Shown: one piece after another, positions 48,204 through 57,987 of the stretch
How the letters are laid out: the number at the start of each line of letters is the position of its first letter
Position numbering within the stretch: the first letter of the stretch is position 1
NCBI GenBank assembly: GCA_963813155.1
Contig: CAWEYG010000001.1
Span: forward strand, 512,001 to 576,000
DNA length: 64,000 nucleotides
DNA from: an uncultured Acidobacteriota bacterium
GTDB taxonomy: Bacteria; Acidobacteriota; Thermoanaerobaculia; UBA5066; DATFVB01
Direction of reading: 5' to 3'
Program-made: the position numbers and the translations under genes
The notes under the pieces: model-generated
Database searches by the model: none
What the model saw: only the letters and a program-made list of their open reading frames with translations
Told to the model about the DNA's origin: nothing

Positions 48204-49426
48204 GGCCTGCCTCCGGCGTCGATCTTCCAGGTCCGGGCGGGCCGCCAGACTCCCGCGGTCGCCTCCGGCGCGAAAACGTCGAACCGGACGATGCCGGCGC
48301 GGTAGTCATACGGGGCGCCGTCGCGCCGGTGCAAGGCAACGTCGAGGCTGTACGTCCCGGCCGCGAGATCCGCGGACTCGAAACGGAGCGAAACGGTGAA
48401 CGCTCCCGCGACGGCCCTAGCCTCGTACCGGTCGATCAGCGTGTTCGAGCCGAAGACGACGGTTCCGTCGATCTTCGAGATCTGGACTCCCGCGACGAAA
48501 TCCTCGACCGCGCCCTCCGCCCGGCCCGTAAACTCGACGCGGAACGGTTCCCCGGCGCGAAGGACGCCGGCGGGGTCGCCGGAGGGACCGAGCAGCCGGA
48601 CGTTCTCGATGACGGCCTCGCGCGACCCCCATCGCTCGCTCGAGTCCGCGGCGCGCGGCCGGAGCCGGGCCCGGCCTTCCCGGTCCGCCACCTCTTCGCG
48701 GTACTTTCCGACGACCTCCGCGGGAGGACCGTCGGCGACGAGCCGCCCGCCGGCAAAGCGGAGCACGCGCCGGCAGCGCGTCGCGATCAGGTCCAGGTCG
48801 TGGGAAACGACGGCGATCGTGCGGCCCTGTTTCTGGAACTCGGCGATCTTCTCGAGGCAGCGGTGGGAGAACTCCTCGTCTCCGACCGCGAGAACCTCGT
48901 CGACGAGCAGCACGTCCGGATCCGAATGCGCCGCGACGGAAAAGCCGAGCCGGACGACCATGCCCGAGGAGAACGTCTTGATCGGCGCGTCGAGGAAATC
49001 GCCGACGCCCGCAAACGCGAGAATGGAGTCCATCCGGGACGCGACCTCTTTCTTCGAGAGGCCGAGCAGCATTCCGTTGATCTCGATGTTCTCCCGCGCC
49101 GAGATCTCCGGGTGAAATCCCGCCCCGAGCTCGATCAACGCCGAGACCCGTCCGCGCGTCTCGACGATTCCGGAGGTGGGCGTGAGGATCCGCGCGAGCA
49201 GCTTCAGCAGCGTCGATTTTCCCGATCCGTTCTCCCCGATGACGCCGATCGTCTCTCCCGCCGCAACTTCGAAGGACACGTCCGTCAGCGCCGGGAAGAC
49301 GCGGTCGGCCGCGAGGGCGCGCGCGCCGATCCCGGAGAGCAACGCCGACTTGAGGCTCCCGACCGAGCGCTTGCGCCCGTACCGCCGGTACGACTTGGAG
49401 ACGCGGTCCGCGCGGATCGCGATCAC
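48200..49426 (-). CDS. wzt: polysaccharide ABC exporter ATP-binding protein with Wzt C-terminal domain
   Basis: GENGSGKST, LIELGAGFHPE, FSSGMVVRLGF, DEVLAVGD, RWGSREA C-domain. Confidence 0.92.
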   Translation of the reverse strand: MIAIRADRVSKSYRRYGRKRSVGSLKSALLSGIGARALAADRVFPALTDVSFEVAAGETIGVIGENGSGKSTLLKLLARILTPTSGIVETRGRVSALIELGAGFHPEISARENIEINGMLLGLSKKEVASRMDSILAFAGVGDFLDAPIKTFSSGMVVRLGFSVAAHSDPDVLLVDEVLAVGDEEFSHRCLEKIAEFQKQGRTIAVVSHDLDLIATRCRRVLRFAGGRLVADGPPAEVVGKYREEVADREGRARLRPRAADSSERWGSREAVIENVRLLGPSGDPAGVLRAGEPFRVEFTGRAEGAVEDFVAGVQISKIDGTVVFGSNTLIDRYEARAVAGAFTVSLRFESADLAAGTYSLDVALHRRDGAPYDYRAGIVRFDVFAPEATAGVWRPARTWKIDAGGRP

Positions 49427-50217
49427 GCTTCCTCCGCGATCGAGTCCCGGAGGCGCGAGAAAACCGCGCCCCCGACGGCGATCGACAGCAGCGAGACGGC
49501 CGCCATCGCGGTCCATTCGGACCCGGGAATCCAGCGGCCCGCGAAGATCGATTCGTGGATGCCGCCGAAATACGCGGACGCCGGGTTGAGCCGCAGCCAG
49601 AAGCGCAGTTTCGGCGGAACCCCGTCGGCCGGATAGATGACGGGGCTCGCGAAGAACCAGAACGTCAGCACGTTCTGGAGGAGATTGCGCATGTCCTGGA
49701 AATGAACCGAAACGGCGGACACGAAAAGGGCCGCCCCGAGGACCGCCGCGCCGAGCAGCAGCATCACCGGCGCGAACTGCAGCGCTGCCCAACCGACCCG
49801 GACGGACCCTGCGAGGCGGCAGAAGAGCGTCGCCGCGACGAGCACCGGGAGCGCCCAGAAGAAGTGAAAGGCCTGCGACAGGACGGAGACGCCGGGGAAC
49901 ACTTCGGGAGAAACAACCGCCTTTCGAAGGAGGGCCCCGTTGTTCTTGAACGTCTCCGCAGCGTCGAGGATCGACGCGGAAAGAAAATTCCAGGCGAGCA
50001 CGCCCCCGAACAGGAAGAGCGGGTACGGGCGCACCTCGGCGCGCGGCGCGAAAACGGCCGTGAAGACGACGGAGTAGATCGCGAGGAGCAGCAGCGGGTT
50101 CAGGATCGACCAGAAGTACCCGAGCACGCTTCCGCGGTAGCGGGCGCGAAGGTCCCTCCGCGCGAGATTCGCGACGAGAGCGCGCGCCCTCCAGAGGCGA
50201 ACGAGGGTTTCCTTCAT
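49423..50217 (-). CDS. wzm: polysaccharide ABC exporter permease
   Basis: RDLRARYRGSVLGYFWSILNPL, WFFASPVIYP, LNP. Confidence 0.92.
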   Translation of the reverse strand: MKETLVRLWRARALVANLARRDLRARYRGSVLGYFWSILNPLLLLAIYSVVFTAVFAPRAEVRPYPLFLFGGVLAWNFLSASILDAAETFKNNGALLRKAVVSPEVFPGVSVLSQAFHFFWALPVLVAATLFCRLAGSVRVGWAALQFAPVMLLLGAAVLGAALFVSAVSVHFQDMRNLLQNVLTFWFFASPVIYPADGVPPKLRFWLRLNPASAYFGGIHESIFAGRWIPGSEWTAMAAVSLLSIAVGGAVFSRLRDSIAEEA

Positions 50218-51578
50218 TTCTCGCGCACTCTAACAGCGGGCGAAAAAACTCTCACGCGCCCGTTCGCCGCTTCGAACAACGACGAGAAGCGCTCGGCGAG
50301 CACGGCGCACAGAACAGGAAAGAGGGCGCCCGCGATCCGGGGCACGAACTGCGCCTGCCACAGCGGATCGCCGGACGAGAGCGCGCAGACCGAGACGTAC
50401 GCGGCAAGTTGCAGGCCGAGGACCGGCAGGAGCCAGTCGAGCCGCGAACGGGGCGTCAGCAGGAAGAAGGCCGCGAGCGCCGCGGCGGGCACGGCGAGCG
50501 GAAGGAGCTGGGACCGGAGCACGGCGGCCCCGACCGCCGAGAGGCGCGAAAGAAGGATCGAAATTTTCTCCAGGCTCAGCCACGCGAGGTCGTAATCCCG
50601 GTCGGCGAGGGGGCCGCGCAGCGCGCGCAGGATCGCCCAGTTCGCGGCCGCGGGGACGAGCAAAGCCGCCAGGAACGAGAATTTTCCCCTCCGGATTCCC
50701 CGGAGGCTCCGCACCGCAAGTCCCGCGGCGGCCAGGATCACGAACAGCGTGCCCTCCTGCTTGAACCCGCACGCGAGGAACGCCGCGATCGCCATGCGTC
50801 CGAGCGCGCCGCCGGCCGGCTGATCGACGAAGTCGGACGCGGCGAGAGCGAGCAGGACGAACGCAAATGAAAGGGGGATGTCCGCCATCCCGACCTCGAA
50901 GCCCTGGAACAGGAAGAAGAGAATCGAGACGAGGAGCGCCGCGACCGCTCCGCCGAGCGGCCGCGAGCGCCGGCGAAAGAAACCGAAGAGCGCGAGGAGA
51001 AGCGCCGCCTCGATCGCGGGGAACAACAGCGCGAGCGCGTGGTCGTTCCAGGAGCCGGCGAGCGCGGAGAGCGAAGCGAGAGCGAGCGGAAGGAGCAGCG
51101 GGTATTCCGGATGGGAAAACGCCGTCGCCGGATCCTGGAAAATGCGGGAGGGGACCGAAGACGTGAGAAAGATCGTCTTGCCCTTCAGTCCCCAGATCGC
51201 GAGGAAGTCGTTGCCCCACATCGGCTCGACGGCCGCCTGGAGGAGAAACAGTGCCCACGCGATGCCCGCCAGGACGAGAAGTCCCGCCGCGAGGCGCGGA
51301 ACCGAAGGCGAAGCCGTCCCGGGCTCGGTCCCGCGCCGGCCGAGCGCGAGCGCGACGACGACACCGTACACGATCATCAGGGCCGGGCGGGGGTGCAGCC
51401 CGACGAGGAGAAGTGTCGAGAAAATCGCGCTCTGCAGGAGAAGACCCGCGCCGAAGCCCCACGCGACCTTTTCCTCCCGCGACAGCCCGCCCAGGAGACG
51501 CCGGGCCGCGAAGAAACCGAGCAAACCCGTCCAGAGGATGACGAGGACGATCGGCACCGAGGCCGCGAGCAGCCTCAA
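50214..51578 (-). CDS. polytopic membrane protein, GT-C-like
   Basis: DFLAIWGLKGK, HPEYPLLLP, GMADIP, KQEG motifs; about 11 TM segments. Confidence 0.75.
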   Translation of the reverse strand: MRLLAASVPIVLVILWTGLLGFFAARRLLGGLSREEKVAWGFGAGLLLQSAIFSTLLLVGLHPRPALMIVYGVVVALALGRRGTEPGTASPSVPRLAAGLLVLAGIAWALFLLQAAVEPMWGNDFLAIWGLKGKTIFLTSSVPSRIFQDPATAFSHPEYPLLLPLALASLSALAGSWNDHALALLFPAIEAALLLALFGFFRRRSRPLGGAVAALLVSILFFLFQGFEVGMADIPLSFAFVLLALAASDFVDQPAGGALGRMAIAAFLACGFKQEGTLFVILAAAGLAVRSLRGIRRGKFSFLAALLVPAAANWAILRALRGPLADRDYDLAWLSLEKISILLSRLSAVGAAVLRSQLLPLAVPAAALAAFFLLTPRSRLDWLLPVLGLQLAAYVSVCALSSGDPLWQAQFVPRIAGALFPVLCAVLAERFSSLFEAANGRVRVFSPAVRVREK

Positions 51579-52006
51579 CGGAGCCGGCCCAGGGACCCGA
51601 ACGGAATCGCCGCGGCGACCGGAGCGCCCGGGGGTCGGGTGGTTCCGTACAAGGCCGCGAAGTCCGCTTCCGCAAGCCGGGAGAACGGCACGACGCGTCG
51701 CGGGGCGAGAACGTACGCCGCGCTGTACGCGTAGAGCCCGGACGTGGCGGGCGCCTCGATCGCGACCGTCGCGGTCGCCGGAACCGCGAGCCGAATCGAC
51801 TCCAGGAACTGCCCGTAGCGGCGATCGAACGCGAGACCGCTGCCGTGCGCGCGGGCGGCATCCGGCTCCATCCGGGCGAAGGCGGGAAGCGCCCGAAACC
51901 GCGGCCCGAGCTCCCCAAATTTCAGCCCGGCGATCTCGAATCCCGCGACCGCCAGCACGCTCACGATCACCGCAGATTTACGGAAGCCGTCGGGCAGGTG
52001 TCGCAC
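51575..52006 (-). CDS. hypothetical membrane-anchored protein
   Basis: N-terminal TM segment, AYVLAPRRV motif; TTGA overlap with the next gene. Confidence 0.65.
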   Translation of the reverse strand: MRHLPDGFRKSAVIVSVLAVAGFEIAGLKFGELGPRFRALPAFARMEPDAARAHGSGLAFDRRYGQFLESIRLAVPATATVAIEAPATSGLYAYSAAYVLAPRRVVPFSRLAEADFAALYGTTRPPGAPVAAAIPFGSLGRLR

Positions 52007-52028
52007 GGAGTGGATTGTAGCGACACGC

Positions 52029-52057
52029 TTGACTTACGCTAAAATTACGCCTATTCT
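52029..52057 (+). promoter_or_regulatory. sigma70 promoter with an internal TTACGC direct repeat
   Basis: TTGACT-N17-TATTCT, 6 nt before the ATG; TTACGC at 52034 and 52045. Confidence 0.65.
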
Positions 52058-52063
52058 TTTTTC

Positions 52064-53312
52064 ATGGCTCGACCGGCTCCCGTACCCGCCCGATCGCTCT
52101 CGACCGAGGAAAAGATCCAGATCCTCATGAAACAGGCGGGCGACGACAGGGAGGGAAACGGGCGAGACGTCGGGGCCCTGCGCCCGATCAACATCCGGAA
52201 CCTCGCCGACCGCGGATTCGGCGCGACGAAGATCTTCCGCATCCTGCTTTCGAACGCGTGCGTCTTCTCCTGCTCGTACTGCCCCATGCGCGCCGGGCGC
52301 GATCTGCCGCGCCACGCGATCGCGCCGGAGAAGCTGGCCGAGATTTTCCTGGAGGCCTTCCGCCGCGGATGGTCCCAGGGCCTGTTCGTGACGTCGGGCA
52401 TTCCGAAGAACCCCGTGTGGGCGATGGACCGGATGATCGCGCTCGTGGAGCTCCTGCGGTTCCGGCACCGGTTCGCGGGATACATCCACGCGAAGGCGGT
52501 CGCCGGTTGCCGGCCGGATCAGGTGGACCGGCTCGCGCTGCTCGTCGACCGCCTCTCGTACAACCTCGAAAGCGTCTGCCAGCAGACGCTCGACCGCGTC
52601 GCTCCCGAGAAGTCGGTGTCCGCCGGCCTCGACCTGATGCGGCGCGCGAAGCGCCTCGCCGACGAGGGAGCGCCGCGAATCGCGGGCGACCCGCGGCCGC
52701 CGGGGCCGCACCTGCGCGCGGGGATCACGACGCAGATTGTCGTCGGGCTCGACGAGCGCAACGACCGGGATCTGCTGGGAGAGACGTTCGGCCTGTGGCG
52801 CGAGCGCACGATCCACCATCCGCAGTTCGCGGCGTTTCGCCCGATCACCGAAACTCCCATGGAAGACCGCCCCGAGACGCCCGCCCTGCGGGAGCACCGA
52901 CTCTACCAGGCGGACCATCTCCTGCGGCGATACGGGTTCGAGCCCTCGGAGCTCCCGTTCGACGAAGCGGGCAACCTTCCGTTCGAGTGCGATCCGAAGA
53001 TGGCGTGGGCGCTCGCGCACGCCGAGAACTTTCCGGTCGAAATCACGACCGCGACGCGCGAAACGCTGCGCCGCGTTCCCGGCGTGGGCCCGGCCGGCGT
53101 GGAGCGGATCCTCGCGGAGCGAAAACGCTGGAGCTCGCTCGCGCGCCCGCGACCTCGGAAAGCTCGGCGCGATCGCGTCCCGCGCGGCGGGATTTCTCTC
53201 TTTTCGGGGAAAACGTCTCTCGATTTTCCGGGGGCAGAAGCCGCTCTTCGACGCCGAGGCGCTCGCTCCCCCGCCGGTCGTCTATTCGTTTTCGCCCGGA
53301 ACGTTCCGCTAG
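52064..53312 (+). CDS. putative DNA modification/repair radical SAM protein with HhH motif (TIGR03916-like), frameshifted near 53145
   Basis: NACVFSCSYC, GLFVTSGI, FAGYIHAK, REHRLYQADHLLRRYGF, DPKMAWAL, LRRVPGVG. Confidence 0.9.
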
Positions 53313-53397
53313 CTCTGCAACCATCCCTCTCCATCTGGCAGCCTTTAGATCGAGAAGTAAACGCGGGAGGGGGGACCGCCGCAGCGGTGGGTGAGGT

Positions 53398-53955
53398 CTA
53401 TTTTCCGAGCATCCCCGACTTCAGCTCGCCCGTGGGAGGAGTCGTCCCCAGCCAGACCCGGAAAAGCACGCGCATGAAGTCCTGCCCGGGGATCGTTCCC
53501 TTGCCCTTGCCCGCGACTTCGACGGTCGTTCCGATGCCGGGGACATACGTGAACGCCATCTCCTGGCCGGCCGTGACGTCCGACATCCACGATTCGAACT
53601 GGGAGATCTCGTTCTTGACCTTCCCCGCGTCGGTCGGGGAGTTGTCCTTGAAGCCGTCCTCCCACGCGTCGACGAGCTGTTTCGCCGTCACCTTCTTGTA
53701 CAGGAAGTGCATGACGACCCTCTTCGTCTCCTCGGACGTGATCGCCTGGGTGTCGTCGTGCGTCGGCGTCTCCAGGTAGAGCCCGCCCACATAGATCTTG
53801 AAGAAGAGCTTCGTGCGAACGCCGAGCCCGTTCAACTTCAAGGCTTTTCCGGATACCGACGCCGAATCGGGCAGCGTGACGCCCGCGAGCTCGGCGGAGA
53901 AGCAGAGCGAGGACGCGAAGAGCATCGAGGCGCCCGCCAGAATGAGTTTCTTCAT
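53398..53955 (-). CDS. chalcone isomerase-like family protein (secreted)
   Basis: LKLNGLGVRTKLFFKIYVGGLYL, LFRVWLG, LKSGMLG. Confidence 0.92.
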   Translation of the reverse strand: MKKLILAGASMLFASSLCFSAELAGVTLPDSASVSGKALKLNGLGVRTKLFFKIYVGGLYLETPTHDDTQAITSEETKRVVMHFLYKKVTAKQLVDAWEDGFKDNSPTDAGKVKNEISQFESWMSDVTAGQEMAFTYVPGIGTTVEVAGKGKGTIPGQDFMRVLFRVWLGTTPPTGELKSGMLGK

Positions 53956-54000
53956 TGCTTCCTCCGGCCGCGATTGTATCGGAGATTGTAAGATCGCGCC

Positions 54001-55070
54001 GTGGCACTTTCCGAAGTCGTCGCGGCGAATCCGCGGCGCGTCGCGCTCGACGTCGAAGGGGATTCCTTCTATCGCTTCGGCGAAAGGCTGTGCCTCGTGC
54101 AGATCGCGTTCTCCGGGACGATCCGCGTCCTGGATCCCTCCGCCCTCGAGCTCAAGCCGCTCCTGACCGACCTCGAGGCGCGCGAGCTCATTCTCCACGG
54201 GGCGGATTTCGACCTGCGCCTGCTCCATGCCCGCTACGGATTCCGGCCGTCGCACGTCTTCGACACGATGCTCGCCGCGCGATTCCTGAATTTCCCGAAG
54301 TTCGGTCTCTCGGACCTTTACGAAAAGTTCTTCGGGATCGTGCTCGAGAAGAAGCACCAGCGCGCCGACTGGTGCGCCCGGCCGCTGTCCGCGGAGCTGC
54401 TCGAATACGCGAAGAAAGACGTCGAACGGCTCGAGGAGCTCGGCGACCGCCTCCGCGACGAGCTGGCTGCCCTGGGGCGCGTCGAATGGCACCGCGAAGA
54501 GTGCGACGCCGTCGTCGCGAAGACGATCCGCAGCGCCGCGCGGCCCGCGGACCCCGACGCCTGGAGGGTGAAGGGGTCCGGCTCGCTCGCGCGGCGCGAG
54601 CTCGCGTTCCTGAAGGAGCTCGTGCTGGCTCGCGACCGGATGGCCCGCGAGTCCGACCGGGCGCTGTTTCGCGTCTTCTCCGCGGAGGACCTGATCCGCC
54701 TCGCGAAGCTTGCGGCGGCGGATCCCGAGTCCGCTCTCCGAAAATTTCCCCGCGCTCTCCCCGGCGCCCACCTCCGGGAGTTCGGGGAGGCGATCCGAAC
54801 CGCCCAGGCCGCGCCGCCGGAGGATTGGCCCGGGCCGCCCGAGCCCGGCCGGAGGGCCGACCCGCGGCTCGAAAAGCGCGTTCGCGAGCTGACGGCGCGA
54901 AGGGACCAGGTGGCCGCCGCGCTCCAGCTGGAGCCGAGCTTCCTCGCGTCGCGCGGCGCGATCGCGCGAGTCGCCGAATCGAGACCGAGGGACGAGGCAA
55001 GCCTCCTCGAGGCGCTCGAATCGCGCTGGAGGACCGGGGCGCTCTCGCGGATGTCTTCCTCGCGGACTGA
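54001..55070 (+). CDS. rnd: ribonuclease D / HRDC domain protein
   Basis: ALDVEGDSFY, LCLVQI, HGADFDLRLL, FDTMLAA, QRADWCARPL. Likely true end LADVFLAD* at 55070 via an indel near 55040. Confidence 0.85.
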
Positions 55071-56619
55071 ATACGACGTCGTGATCCTCGGGGGCGGCAT
55101 CACCGGCGCCGCCGCCGCCCGGGACGCCGCGCGGCGCGGGCTCTCGGTTCTGCTGCTCGAGAAGGGCGATTTCGCGTCGGGGACGTCGTCGAAGTCTTCG
55201 AAGCTCATCCACGGCGGGCAGCGATATCTCGAGTCTTTCGATTTCCGCCTCGTGCGGGAGTCGTGCCTCGAACGGAACGCCCTTTCGCAAATGGCGCCCC
55301 ACCTCGTGCGTCCCCTCCCGTTTCTCTTCCCGGTTGTAAGAGGCCGGTCGCCGTCGCGAGCCGCGCTCGCGGCCGGGCTCGCGCTCTACCGTCTCCTCGG
55401 CGCCGGCGCGCACCCGGGACGCCAGGAATTCCTCTCCCGGGGCGACGAGGCTCTCCTGCGGGAAGCTCCCGACCTGGCGCCCGGCGGAGTGGACCGGGGC
55501 CTACCGATACTTCGACGCGCAGGCCGACGACTGCCTGCTCACGCTCGCGTTCCTGCGGGACGCGAGGGCCGCGGGCGCCGAGCTCCGTTCCTACACCGAG
55601 GTCGGCGCGAATCACCCGCGGCCCGAAGGGAGAAGCGATCGGCGTCGAGGCACGCGACGTCCTGCGCGACCGGCCGGTTTCCGCGGGAGCCCGGACCGTC
55701 GTCTGCGCGCTCGGCCCCTGGTCCAACGCGCTTTCCGCGCTCCTCGGAGAAGCGCTCGCGCCGTCCGTGCGGCCGTCGCGCGGCTCCCATTTCTTCCTCC
55801 CGCCGGGGCGATTGCCGCTCTCGGCCGCGGTCGTGCTGCTCGACCGCGACGGGCGCCGCTGCTACGCGATTCCCTGGAGGGGCGGCGCCCTGCTCGGGAC
55901 GACCGACGAAATCGACGGGACGCCTCCCGACGCGGTCGCGCCGACCGCTCTCGACCGCGAGATCGTGCTCGGCGCCGTCAACTCGTCTTTTCCGTCCCGG
56001 GCGATCGGCGCCGGGCGACGTGGCCGGCGGCTTCGCGGGCCTGCGACCCCTCGCCTCGTTCGACGGAAAAACGCCGGCGGCCGACGCGTCGCGGGAGGAA
56101 TCGATCTTTTCTCCCGTCCCGCGCGTGATCGCGTCGGTCGGCGGAAAGCTGACGACGGCCCGGCGAACGGCGATCCGCGTGATTGACCGCGTCGAGGAGC
56201 TGCTCCGAAAGGACTTCGGCCGGAGTCCCGCAGGCCCGGCCCGCCGGCTGACTCCCCTTCCCGGCGGCGACATCGAAAACTCCGAACGCCTGCGGGAGCG
56301 GATTCGCAAACGAGCGTTCGAAGCCGCCCGGCTCTCCCCCGAGCACGCCGACCGGATCCTCGAGCGCGAGGGCTCCGCGGCGGAGAGCGCGATCGCCCGG
56401 ATCGAGTCGAACCGGGAGCTCGCGCGCCCGATCTCGGATTCGATGCCGTACACGGTCGCCGACCTCGTCTGGGGCGTCGAGGAGGCGTTCGCGACTCGCC
56501 CCGACGATCTGCTCGCGCGGCGAACCCGCCTGTCGTGGGAGTCTCCCGCGGAAGCGGAGGCCCTCCGCGGCCTGTGCGAGGAAGCCCTCGCCGGCCGGTT
56601 CCGCGACGGGCGCGCGTAA
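55051..56619 (+). CDS. glpD: FAD-dependent glycerol-3-phosphate dehydrogenase/oxidase, two compensating frameshifts (about 55490 and 56010)
   Basis: DVVILGGGITG, DFASGTSSKSSKLIHGG, YFDAQADD and LLGTTD in an alternate frame, AGLRPL, GGKLTT, DLLARRTRL. Confidence 0.88.
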   Translation: MSSSRTEYDVVILGGGITGAAAARDAARRGLSVLLLEKGDFASGTSSKSSKLIHGGQRYLESFDFRLVRESCLERNALSQMAPHLVRPLPFLFPVVRGRSPSRAALAAGLALYRLLGAGAHPGRQEFLSRGDEALLREAPDLAPGGVDRGLPILRRAGRRLPAHARVPAGREGRGRRAPFLHRGRRESPAARREKRSASRHATSCATGRFPREPGPSSARSAPGPTRFPRSSEKRSRRPCGRRAAPISSSRRGDCRSRPRSCCSTATGAAATRFPGGAAPCSGRPTKSTGRLPTRSRRPLSTARSCSAPSTRLFRPGRSAPGDVAGGFAGLRPLASFDGKTPAADASREESIFSPVPRVIASVGGKLTTARRTAIRVIDRVEELLRKDFGRSPAGPARRLTPLPGGDIENSERLRERIRKRAFEAARLSPEHADRILEREGSAAESAIARIESNRELARPISDSMPYTVADLVWGVEEAFATRPDDLLARRTRLSWESPAEAEALRGLCEEALAGRFRDGRA

Positions 56620-56643
56620 CCTTCCGGCGGGCGCCGCGTCCTA
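56616..56643 (+). promoter_or_regulatory. candidate ECF sigma promoter (AAC-N16-CGTC)
   Basis: GTAAC-N16-CGTCCTA before the DUF4097 gene; same pattern at 60257. Confidence 0.55.
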
Positions 56644-56664
56644 CCCTACGAAAAGGAGAAAACC

Positions 56665-57561
56665 ATGAAGAGTCTGGTTGTCTGGGGAAGCGCGGTATTC
56701 GCGCTCGCGACGATCTCGCCGAGGCGGAGGCCGGGCCATCGCCACTCGAGCTCGACGACGATTCACGACGAGAGCGGCGTCCGCAGCTGCTCGGACGCCG
56801 GAGTTCACTTCGACGGCCGGGCCTCGCTGACGGCGCAATCCGAAACGAAGATCGCCGCTTCCGAGGTCTCGACGCTCGAGGTTTCCCCTTCGCGCAACGG
56901 GGGCGTGTCGGTCGTGGGAAGCGACGGCGCCGATTTCCTCGTGACGTTGTGCAAAGCGGTCCCCGACGACGGCGAAGGAGAGGAGACGATCCGGCAGATC
57001 TCGATTTCGCGAAGCGGAAACAAGATCGGCGTGACGGGCCCCGACGGTGACGAGTGGGTCGGGCATCTCATCATCCAGGCGCCGCGCAACGCTTCGATTT
57101 CGCTCACGGCCGAGAACGGTCCCGTCGGGCTCGTCGATTTCGCCGGCTCGGCAACGATCGAATCGCAGAACGGACCGGTTTCGCTTCGGCGATGCCGCGG
57201 AAAGATTACCGTGAATTCCCAGAACGGCCCGATCAGCGTCTCCGAGAGCTCCGGAACCCTGAATCTCGAAGACCGCAACGGCCCACTTTCGGTGAGCCTG
57301 GCGGAAGGCGGCTGGAAAGACGGGGCGCTCGACGGAAGGACCGAAAACGGTCCGCTGAGCCTCGAGCTGGCCTCCGGCTCGAATTCCGGCGTCCGGGTCG
57401 AATCGGCGGGACGATCGCCGTTCCGGTGCCGCGCCGATGCGTGCAAAGACGCCCGCCGAAACTGGGACGACGACCACAAGAGAATCGAGTTCGGCGCAGG
57501 CGAGCCGCTCGTGCGGCTCTCGACCGTCAACGGCCCGGTCTCGATCGATTCACGGGACTGA
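56665..57561 (+). CDS. DUF4097 beta-strand repeat protein
   Basis: Repeated (A/S/T)xNGP(V/I/L)S units. Confidence 0.85.
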   Translation: MKSLVVWGSAVFALATISPRRRPGHRHSSSTTIHDESGVRSCSDAGVHFDGRASLTAQSETKIAASEVSTLEVSPSRNGGVSVVGSDGADFLVTLCKAVPDDGEGEETIRQISISRSGNKIGVTGPDGDEWVGHLIIQAPRNASISLTAENGPVGLVDFAGSATIESQNGPVSLRRCRGKITVNSQNGPISVSESSGTLNLEDRNGPLSVSLAEGGWKDGALDGRTENGPLSLELASGSNSGVRVESAGRSPFRCRADACKDARRNWDDDHKRIEFGAGEPLVRLSTVNGPVSIDSRD

Positions 57562-57987
57562 CGGCTCGAACCGGCGGCGCAGGAACTTCAGGCGGATCCC
57601 GTCGATCCGCCCGCCGGGCGCCGTGACGATGTCCACGTAGCCAGGGTCGTCGGGGTCCGGCGTCACGTACGACACGCCGCGCCACCGGAGAAGAAACGAG
57701 TGCTCGGCCGGCGCCGCGAGCCGGAGCGTGAACCGGCCGAGCGCGTCGGTCGTCGCGCCGGGCTCCCACGGAACGTCCTTCCCTCGCGCCATTCCGAACA
57801 CCTCGATGCCGGCGACCGGCTCGCCCGACTCGGCGTCGACGACGACGCCGGAGACCGTCGCCTTCGGATTCTTTTCCATGGCAACGAGAGCCGGAGCGGG
57901 CTTCGGCACGGTCGAGCAGGCCGCCATCGCGCCCAGGACGGCGAGGGCGGGAACCGCGAGAGTCCGGAGGATCCCGACTCTCGTTAC
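57550..57987 (-). CDS. carboxypeptidase regulatory-like domain lipoprotein; start uncertain
   Basis: Lipobox AMAAC, VSGVVVDAESGEPVAGIEV, TTDALGRFTL. Confidence 0.7.
   Translation of the reverse strand, partial: VTRVGILRTLAVPALAVLGAMAACSTVPKPAPALVAMEKNPKATVSGVVVDAESGEPVAGIEVFGMARGKDVPWEPGATTDALGRFTLRLAAPAEHSFLLRWRGVSYVTPDPDDPGYVDIVTAPGGRIDGIRLKFLRRRFEPSVP

Noticed and set aside
54001-56619. Apparent RNase D-GlpD fusion protein (872 aa ORF)
   Set aside because: An alternate frame gives a natural rnd ending (LADVFLAD*, 55070) overlapping a glpD ATG at 55051. A single indel near 55040 explains the fusion.
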